A stretch of DNA of 64,000 nucleotides. Origin: Lama guanicoe. Lineage: Eukaryota. This document shows, in pieces, positions 54,470-64,000 of this stretch. Location of the stretch: positions 980,927 to 1,044,926 of the forward strand of contig MU053513.1 of the NCBI GenBank assembly GCA_013239625.1, written 5' to 3'. The translations under genes and the position numbers were made by a program. Every line of letters starts with the position of its first letter. Position 1 is the first letter of the stretch. The notes under the pieces were generated by a model. The model ran no database searches, was not told the DNA's origin, and worked only from the letters and a program-made list of their open reading frames with translations.

Positions 54470-54805
54470 ACTTTTAAATAACCCATTGGCAAAAAAAAAA
54501 ATCCCAATTAAAATTAGAAAATACTTAGAACCAAATGATAATGAAAATGCAACCTATCCAAAAAAAATGCAACCTACCACATCTTGCATTTATAGCTGCC
54601 TTTTTTTTTTCCTGAGGTGGCATTCAAAGGGAAATTTATACCCTTAAAAGGATATATTGCAAAATTAAAAAGGCTCAAAATCAACCATTCAAGAAGCTAG
54701 AAAAAGAACAGAAAAAGAATTGCAAATTTAGCAGAAGAATAGAAATAATAAAGATTAGAGCAGAAGTTAAAAAAAATAACAGAAAATAGAGAAACAATAG
54801 AAAAA
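54470..54805 (+). mobile_element. L1 ORF2 fragment (downstream of EN domain)
   Basis: aaattagaaaatacttagaaccaaatgataatgaaaatgc..agggaaatttata..gaaataataaagattagagcagaa. Confidence 0.8.
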
Positions 54806-56909
54806 TGATTTCCTATCATAATATCTATGATAGTTTCTTTTGCCTAGTATTCACCTTATATGACTTCTTCCATCCTTTTTTAAATTTATTTTTTAATTGA
54901 ATTATGGTTAATTTACCATATTGTGTTAGTTTCTGGTATATAGTGATCTGCACAGTGATTCAGTGTATGTATTTTTTCATATTATTTTTCAATATAGATT
55001 ATTATAAGATATTAAATATAGTTCCCTGAGCTACTCAGTATGACCTTATTGTTTATCTATTTCATATGTAGCAGTTCCTTTTATATCCAACATTTTGGTG
55101 TCTTCATATTTTTGGTTTGTTGCTTATGAAGCATCTATTGCTGCAACTGTACTTATAAATTCCATCTGACAATTTCTGTATTATAAAAGAAACATTCAGC
55201 TTACTTACATTTGATTACTGATATGTTAGATCTTTTTACATCTTTTGTTTATGCTATTATTCTTGCTTTTATGTGTCTTATTTTTCTACTTGGCCTATTT
55301 TGGAAGGAATTTTTCAGTTATTTTCACTTGTTAATTATTCTCATTTTTAAAATATACACATATTTGGGTGCCATAATATTATTTTTATATTTTATGAGTA
55401 ACAGTTAAGCACAAGTACCTAATGTAAAAAAAATTAAATATAATTAATATATTAATTCTCCTTTCAAACACCAAGAACTTTGAGTGCTGTATACACCCTA
55501 ATTTATGAGGTAGTATAAGCCTCTTTTGCCTTTTCTGCTTCTCCCAAATTGTACATGAATATTATTACTATTTTTCACAATTGACATGTGTGTAGCTTTG
55601 CACACATATTTACCAATTTATTTCCTCACTGTTTTTTCTTGTATCTCGGACATCCTTCTAGGATCATATTCCTTTTTCTTGAGGTACATTAACTACTTGC
55701 AAGTTCTTTTAATAAGGATCTTTTGATAGTAAACTCCATTTGGTTACTCGCAAATTACTTTTATTTTCCTTCACTCATTAAAAAATAGTTGCTGAGTAGA
55801 TAAACTCTCTTCACGCTTAGATAATCTCCATTATTGTCTGGATTACAGTGTTACTCTTGAAATAACAGTTGTCAGTATAATTACTGTTCATGAGAAGATA
55901 ATCTGTGGCTTTTTAAAATACGTGGTGTAGTTTTTGTTTGTTTGAGTATGTTACAGTTATTTCACTTTGAAGTATCAAGTTGCAGACTTCTTTTCATTTA
56001 TTCTATTAGTATTCATAAAGATTTTTGTATCATATAAAATCATGTAAATTTCTTAAAAATATCAAATACCATCTTTTCTAGCATGAACTCTTAGTCATTA
56101 TTTTTATTTTTTATTTCTTGAACTCCAGCTATAGTCCTGTTGGATCATCTCCTTTATTCTACACCTACTTTACCTCTTAGTCATGCTAAACGTCTCCTTT
56201 TCTCTCTGCTACAAGCTAAGTAATTTCTTAATACATCTTTTAGTTCATGAATATTCTCTACAGATTAATTTAATCTGCTATTTAATCTTCCATTTATTTT
56301 GAATACAATTCATTATACTTTCTCACTTTTAATTCTCTTCTTTAATTCAATATCAAATATTTCTGGTGTTTTTGACAGCATCTTGCACATTGTAATTTTT
56401 AACACTTTCTAAAATAATTAGTGAATAATTATTGCATATTCTAAATTTTATAATTCTAATATTGGCAGTCCTTGGATGTCTTTATCTATTGTGTTATTTT
56501 GCTGGCTCTCAAACATAATGTCTTCTTTCTTGAAGTACCCAGTATTTTTTTTAATCTGAGTTAATATTTGACAGAATTTAATCTGTTGGAATACTGAGGA
56601 CATTTTCTTGGGTCTGTTTTTCTCCTGATGGTATTTACATGTCATCAGGGGAACTACTAACTTGGGACCAACTTTAAGTTAATTTCTTGGCTTGATATTC
56701 TCAGTTGACATGAGTTATAAACAGCTGAAGTCTGAAGTCACCTGGGACTTATGTTCATAAATTATCAGATAAGGTTATCATTTTGATGATTATCATTTTT
56801 ATATCATTTTTTTGTCCTTTTTGAGATGTAGACAAGTATCCTTGTCAGTTCCTTTTGCTATTCAGAAAATTCTTGGTGACCTACACTTTCACTAACATGG
56901 AGCATTTTT

Positions 56910-57506
56910 ACTTTTTTGTAATTGAAATACAATCAATTACAATATGTCAACTTCTGGTGTACAGCATAATGTCCCAGTCATGCACATACATACAAATATT
57001 CATTTTCATATTCTTTTTTATTAAAAGTTATTACAATATATTGAACACAGTTCCTGTGCTATATTGAAGAAACTTTTTTTTAACATTTTTTATTGATTTA
57101 TAACCATCCCACAATGTTGTGTCAAATCCCAGCGCCCAGCATGAAGAAACTTTTAAAATCTGTTTTTATATATAGTGGCCAACATTTGTAAATCTCAAAC
57201 TCCTAAATTTATCCCTTTCCCACCCCCTTTCTCCAGTAACCATAAGATTGTTTACTATGTCTGTGAGTCTGTTTCTGTTTTGTAGATGAATTCATAGTGT
57301 CTTTTTTTTTTTAGATTACACGTATGAGTGATATCATATGGTATTTTTCTTTCTCTTTCTGGCTTACTTTGCTAAAATGATCATCCCTAGGTCCATCCAT
57401 GTTGCTGCAAATGGCATTATTTTATTCTTTTTTATGGCTGAGTAGTATTCCATTGTATAAATATACCACAACTTCTTTATCCAGTCATCTGTCAATAGAC
57501 ATTTAG
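56910..57506 (-). mobile_element. Camelid-type L1 3' end (about 600 bp)
   Basis: tctggtgtacagcataatg..ggtccatccatgttgctgcaaatggcattattttattcttttttatggctgagtagtattccattg. Confidence 0.9.
57078..57141 (-). mobile_element. Tiny nested L1 3' end with 13-bp TSD
   Basis: TGAAGAAACTTTT at 57065-57077 and 57142-57154 flanks ttttaacattttttattgatttataa..acaatgttgtgtcaa..cagca. Confidence 0.85.
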
Positions 57507-57968
57507 AGTAGGTAGCCCTTTACTCTGGATTTAGGCAGTGGCATCCCTTCATCTCTCTCTAATTCAGTGTGCCTAATTATAATGGCTAACTTCTTACATA
57601 CTATATCATTTATTTTTAAGACCTACATACTTGATGTGCACATTGCTTTTAAGAACATCTCCAGGCTTTTATTGACTTAACACTCACTGCTTTCGTTTCA
57701 TCAAACTATTCCTATTTGTGGATCCCTGTTAATTTTTCTTACTTCATCACAAGCTCAGCTGCTCATTTAAACACAAGCATGTTAAAATTTACCCAGGATC
57801 AAGTTGTACCAAAGAAAACAAGGGTGTTGATTTGTTTGTTTTTAGAATATCCAATCAATCAGAAAGCTGGAAGCAGAGGTCTCTAGTATAAATGTGGCTC
57901 TTTCTCATATTCTTTGATTTTAAATGATTTAAGAGAAGACAGTGTGAGGCCTGAAGTCAAAATTAGGG

Positions 57969-58076
57969 CAGGGTTTTGTTTTGTTTTCTTTTTTTAATGG
58001 AGGTACTGGGGATTGAACCCAGGACCTCCTGCATGCTAAGCATGAGTTCTACCACTGTGTTATAACCCACTCCCCA
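57969..58076 (-). mobile_element. tRNA-derived camelid SINE (Vic-1-like) with 18-bp TSD
   Basis: ggaggtactggggattgaacccaggacctcctgcatgctaagc; TSD ctgaagtcaaaattaggg (57951-57968) and ctgaagccaaaattaggg (58077-58094). Confidence 0.9.
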
Positions 58077-61000
58077 CTGAAGCCAAAATTAGGGATGATC
58101 AGGATATAAAACTGAATATTTTCCAAACTTGGCACTATCCATAATTTAAACGTTTTATTCCACTTTTTGATTTCATGTCTTCATTCAGAACTAAGAGGCA
58201 CATGATTTGCTAAATTGTTATTCTACCATAATCGGATTTCAAAGGTCACTAGAATAAGTTAATTCTGGCTTTTTAAATATCATTTCTCCTGAAGCTTAGT
58301 AATTAGAAATTGCTTCCAATCTTTACATGATTAGTAGTCATCAAAATATTATTTAATAGTTATTATGTACATGCACACATGTGTGCATATATATAATTTC
58401 AACATGATTTGAAACAATGGAAAATTAACCACTTGTCTTGGTTCAGATGATGCTAAATTAGAAACACTGTCTACAAAATAACCAATGATATTGGAAAACA
58501 GGTGAATATTCTGTCTTTGTGTAATCTCTTTCATTTTCTGAAAATCATTTACTCTTGAGATAAACTCATTCAGCTTAAAAACCCTGAGTGTGTAGTAAAT
58601 ATGGCCATGACTGACTGGAATGCCGAGTCAGGGGCTTACATGGGCTTCTTTTGCAGTTAATAATGCCCTTCTCCTAGGACTGTACGTAATCTCTCCTAGA
58701 TCCATAGGAAAACTCTGTCCTGTCTCTAACTCAACATGGATAAAGGCAGAAGCAGATTGCTCTGTCACGTAGACAGTTGAGGTCATTGAAATCATTGCAC
58801 CATTGAAGGATGTCTAAAATAAAAATATGAACAACATTTAACAAAATAGCAAAATAAACAAACTTCATGTTACATGAGCCAAAGAATACTTCAAACTATA
58901 TGGAGTAATCAGTGATTGGCATTTTTATAATTATCAGATCAAAGGATGCTTTCACTTCTAAAGACATTTTACTTTTAGATGACTGGGTGATTTTGCACTT
59001 TCTAGAGTAAAATCAAGCTCTCTATTTGAGTTAGCACAAAGAGGTTTGATTTAGCACAAAGAAACCTCTGTGCTGTAAATTGCTTATCTCTCTTCTGACC
59101 TAGTGGCATCCTGACCATGGATCACAATGACCTGCAGATGACAAAAATGACATTCTACACATGTCAAATCTAATGACATATTCAACTGCTGCCTTATGTT
59201 TCATCCTTATTCCCAGATGTTATGAGGTTTTACAAAATATCAATTCTAGATAGAAAAATAAAATACTTCCAAAATAAAAACTATCCAAAAAGGTAAATCT
59301 TTGTGACATATCAAGTCCTTCAGAAAAAGAAAATGTATTTCTCTTTAAAATATACAACCATAGAAAAAGGAATGTTCTTTTTTTATTTAATGAAAATATA
59401 GATATGGGATAATTGTAATTAAATTTTAAGAAATAGCCTTGATTTCACTAAACCAACAAAATGTTTATGAGCTCTCATTTTAAAATCACATGGTAATACA
59501 AAATTTCATGGTATATTTTCAATTAAATCTCCTACCTACACAAGTTCCTTGTTATAAGATTACGATTTTTCAGAACTAAATAAATCTTATCAATGATCTT
59601 ACCCAACTCCTTCCTATAAACAAAGGTCTGGAAGCATTAATGTGATTTGACCAAGGTAACAAACTTACAAGGTGGCAAAGTCAAAACTAATATTCCAGTC
59701 TCCTGCTTTCCTAATGTCAAAATTTTAATGCAAAATTACTGGAAGAGAAATAAAGCTTCATGTATTGCATATTTCCATAATAGCAAAGGAATTGCACAAT
59801 ATTATAATATTCTAAGAGAAAACTCAGTAGACTATGACTATGGTTTATTTATTCTAGGCTATATTTTGGCCTTTTGACATTAAAACCTGGCCACAAGATG
59901 AAATTATTTTTACCGTGAAATTTAAAGCACAATTATTCAGCAGGGTCCACTAAGAGAAGAAACCCAGAGAACAGCCTGAGGTGATGAACTTCATAGCAGA
60001 CTGCAATCAGGACATTCACTGTAGACAAGGCATTTATTTTAACATACAAACTTCAAGCCAGTTGATTGTTGTTACAGTTTGGGTTCTGACATGATGGTTA
60101 GCAATACACTTTGCCTAAAAATATTTTCTCAAATGTTAAATGGATAAAATATGTGCATGGGATTAGTGACACATTTTATACTAAATTGAACTGGGCTTCC
60201 TTGTGGTCATGTAATCATTTCTCTACACTGTCAGCTGTCACTTTTAACTACAATTTCTGTTGATGAGTGATGTGGGGGAGTTGAAAAAAATATGGAATTG
60301 GCAGAGAACATGCAAAATTAAGTACAGAGATTAAAAATTATGTGTCACCTTTATCCTCACACAATGACAATTTAAATGCTAGCCACTTTATGAGTAAGTC
60401 TTTAACTGTGCACCAATGTCACCAAATACCAAAATCAAAAATAGAAGGTGTTAAAATTACTGATTTTTTTAAGCTGTAGTATACTGTAACAAGATATGCT
60501 ATGCTTAGGAAACATATCTCAGCATCAGAACATATACTTGAGGACATGACAGTAAGTCATTTCCATTCTAATGAGGTATTCAGAAGTCAAAGTAAAAGTC
60601 ATCTACGATAGCTGCCTTCTTGATTGTTCTAGTGAAAATTTACTATGGTGGCTGGGAGCAATTTTCCTATTCCCATTTTTTGTCCCTAAACATGTGGTGT
60701 CACTAAACTATAACTCAGAGTCGTGAACACAGTGAGAGGAGTACCCAGCATTATCTGCTGAATTTTAACAGTCATTAATGTAACTCTATTACCTGAAGAG
60801 AATATGTCTGCAACAAATAATATCAGCACGAAAGCCACATTTCTAAAGTGATCATTAAAATGCATTTCCATTTCATATCTGGCAAATTTTGCAATTCAAA
60901 ACATACTGCTTTCATTCTTACCCATTTATGCTCTGTTCACTCTTATTTTTACTTCTACCACCCCTGCCAAGTACCAGACGCACATTAAATTTATTAAAGT

Positions 61001-61969
61001 GGGTGATTCACAAATGCTAGCTTTCCTTATCACTAAGGAGAAGGAGCAAATTTTCCCTCACAAGTGTTAAAATAACATCTTGACTTCTAAACGTCTCACC
61101 TCAAGATCTTTTGTACTTTTACGGAACACGGTGCTTGCTGCCCTAGTGAGTTTCCTACTGAGGGATAGTCTACTGGGGAGGAGGGGTGCAAATTAATTGC
61201 TAATTTCATTTTTGTTTTTTGCTTTTGGATATAGCATATTGGAAAAAAATTAGAAAATATTTGCAAAGGCCTACATAGTTTCCCAGAGTTTGGGGAAGGT
61301 GGAGAGGACAGAGTAGCATCCAAGATGAAAGAGACACCGTTTTTGCAGTCTAGAGTTTTATGTTGACACATATCAACATGAGTCATTTGCTGGTTTTTCA
61401 AACACCACGACAAAATGCTAGGACAAATAGGTCCTAATTAATTCCAGATCCATTTGCATAATGTTGCACATATTACTCAATCAAAAATGTTTCTAAATCC
61501 GCTCCCTGTAATCACCCCTGAGGTTTTATAAAATTGAAGAAATTAACAAGTCATTGTTTTCCTGGAAATATAGGAAAATGGGGAATCAGATGTGCCTCTG
61601 GGCTTTGGAGTCTCCTGTAGCCCATTAATACATAATAAGTGTGGTGTTTGTTGCATGCAAATCATGGGTTGCTGGATATATTTTAGCCTTATACAATCAC
61701 CTCATTAAGTCAAATAAATAAGGCAAGACTGCAGTATTCCAAACAAATCCAACATTGCTGTGCCTTTTTATTCAGCTTCAGGTCCTGCTGCCGTATTTTG
61801 TGCTCAGGAGTGGTAAGGACTAAACATTTTTAATGCCTAAAATTTGACGTGGATATCTTGCTTCAAAAACTGATAGTAGATTCAATTCCACCAGAACTCA
61901 CACTGTAAGAGGAAGATACGAGGTGACAGAAGTAGTCAAAAGGCAAATCATGGAAGTCATTATAGCCAT

Positions 61970-62318
61970 GGTTTTATGGACTGAATGTGTCTCCACAACA
62001 AATTCATAAGTTGTGATCCTAATGCCCAATGTGATGATGTTTGGAGATACGGCCTTTGAGAGGTGATTAAGTCATGAGGGTGGAACCCTCCTAAATGAGA
62101 TAAGTGGCCTTATAAAAGGCCTCATTAAACTCTTACCCCTTTGGCCATCTGGGGACACAGCAAGAAGACTATGAACCAGGAAATGTGCCCTCAGTAGACA
62201 CTGCTTATCTTAATCTTGAACTTCCCAACCTCCAAAACCATAAGAAATAAATTTCTGCTGCTTATAAACCACCCAGTCTGTGGTATTCTATTACTGCAGC
62301 CTGAATTGGCTAAGACAT
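61970..62318 (+). mobile_element. MaLR LTR (MLT1A-like)
   Basis: tatggactgaatgtgtc..ccaatgtgatg..aataaatttctgctgcttataaaccacccagtctgtggtattc..gctaagaca. Confidence 0.9.
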
Positions 62319-62512
62319 GGTAAAATGTTTCATTTTACCTATCAATTGAAAGGTTTTAAGTGGGAGTACAGTATTAGATCCTCACTTAGAAAAACTCTCG
62401 TTTCAGTGTAAGACAAACATTTGCGGAAGGCAAGCTCATTGGCAGGGAGATCAGTTAAATAAACGCAACTATAGGTAAGAGAGATGGTGTTTGGTTAGAA
62501 GGTTAGTGAATG

Positions 62513-62975
62513 TTGTCAGATGGCCAAGCAGTTCCTGACAAGCAGCCTGGTGGCAGCTGCTAGGCTGGCTCGTCACATTGCCGTAGGTTCAGTCAGCAAA
62601 AGACAATGAACCTAAATAGATTCAGATAGTTTATTACTTACACAAAGTAAAGCAGAAGTGAGAACAGCATGGTTTCAGCTCCCTCTGAGTGTAATCCCAC
62701 AGAATGACAGGAATTGAGGGGCCAGATGATAACACAATTAGTACATCACTCTGCTGGGGAGGAGCCCCTAGATGTTGGGGTCAGGCAGGTCCCGCACCTC
62801 ACCACCAACAGGAAGGTAAGTGAGAAGTTGCTTCGTGGTAGCCTCCCTCTAGACAGAGAGCCTCCCACAAGGTAGAAAGGTGGGTGGAAATAGTCTTGTG
62901 ACCGTTCCTCACAAGACTGCCTATCTTGCTATATTATAGGGAGGATCACAAGGCATTCACTAAGACTTGGTCAGA
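62513..62975 (-). mobile_element. Probable ERVL-type LTR fragment
   Basis: agatagtttattacttacac (reverse AATAAA context) and LTR-like composition; family not assigned. Confidence 0.35.
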
Positions 62976-62984
62976 CTAAAAATG

Positions 62985-63160
62985 AAAAAAAAAATCCAAT
63001 CATAAATGTGCAAAAGGCATGACAGAAATTTCACTGAAGAGGACGTACAGATCGCAAATAAACACAAAAAGTGCTCAACATCATTAGTCATTAGAAAAAT
63101 ACAAATTAAAGCCACAATGTGATAGACTACACACCTATTAGAATTGCTAAAATGTTTTTA
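62985..63160 (+). mobile_element. L1 ORF2 3' fragment
   Basis: gtgctcaacatcattagtcattagaaaaatacaaattaaagccacaatgtgatagactacacacctattagaat. Confidence 0.8.
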
Positions 63161-64000
63161 AAGAAGCAACTTATTCGACATGCATAACGATTATAAGTGT
63201 GTATTTACCTGGTTATGATTTTAAAATAAATAAAGCAGAATTTTACAGAACTAAAGTAAAATAAAGTTATAATTATAGTTGAAGATTTTAACACCTCTCC
63301 TTCCTCAGTAATTGATAGAATATATATAAAAGTATATATAAATACATGTAATTTATAAATTTATATAAATATAAAAATTATAAGTATAGAACTTAACAGT
63401 TCTTGCTCAAATTTCTCTTTTGGCTAGTCCTAACCAGAAACATAAAGGGAAGGGACTTTCGGAAAATGTTGTTGAGCTTAGTCAAGGTGACACATTACAA
63501 AACCCTGTGTTATTGAGATGGCTGTTTAGAGCAGCAGTCAGTTTGGGGGAGCATCCTCCTGGAAGCTGTATAAAGTTCATGTCAGGTCAGAACATCTTTG
63601 GGGAGAAAGGAAGAAGAATTTACTCCCTGGATCTCACCAGACGTTGGTTGAATATTTGCCTCTCAGATAAACCTGTAGCCTCCATTTTAACTGGCTCCAA
63701 AATACATGATGGGGCTTCCCATTTTGTGAGAATACGGTGATCTTGATTCTTCCCACAAAGAGGTGATGCAAGTTTAATAAATTAGAGTTTCCTTCCAGGT
63801 AGAAGCCAGCCACACTCTGAAAAATCTTAATTTCCAGAGGATTAGTGAAACTTGCTACAAGCCCCACCGTCGCCACTGACCTTGAGTCTTAACTGAGTCG
63901 CCATCTCCCTCCTCCGCCTCCCACTCTTTCAGCCAAGCTGGTCTTGGACACCTGGCCTAGTAGGATGATATAGACCTTTAGTCCAGAGGCATAACTAAAA

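Larger units (their letters stand above)
54810..57860 (-). mobile_element. Old L1 5'/ORF1/early ORF2 region, hosting younger L1 3' ends
   Basis: ccatctgacaatttctg (EN start, reverse) and diverged T-rich ORF1-like tracts; younger inserts at about 54875-55075 and 56910-57505. Confidence 0.6.

Noticed and set aside
55505..55520. TGAGGTAGTA let-7-like seed
   Set aside because: The match does not extend, there is no precursor hairpin, and it lies in decayed L1.
1..64000. All ORFs in the six-frame track as genes
   Set aside because: All are at most 140 aa, many start at TTG/GTG, many lie in repeats, and none resembles a protein I recognise.
1..64000. CRISPR array or prokaryote-style system
   Set aside because: Mammalian repeat landscape; no regularly spaced repeat-spacer array or operon-like ORFs.

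Overview
AT-rich mammalian genomic DNA. The tRNA-derived SINEs and L1 3' ends resemble camelid (alpaca/camel) elements as I recall them; this assignment is inferred, not checked. Roughly half the window is decayed interspersed repeat: L1, L2, MIR, MaLR/ERVL/ERV1 LTRs, and MER5/MER53-type DNA elements. I cannot recognise any protein-coding exon, RNA gene or CRISPR array, and the ORF track is explained by chance or repeats, so the window reads as intronic or intergenic. A repeat-poor, CpG-retaining block at about 24-29.5 kb has an NRF2/AP-1 element, a CTCF motif and a minus-strand GC-box/TATA/Inr promoter followed by a splice donor. The most unusual item is a ~65-bp L1 3' end nested in another L1 (57.07-57.15 kb), flanked by a 13-bp TSD and carrying a dense one-directional T>C cluster (A>G in RNA sense), possibly a retrotransposed A-to-I-edited transcript. 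Repeat boundaries and subfamily names are by eye and approximate. No novel multi-gene system is supported.
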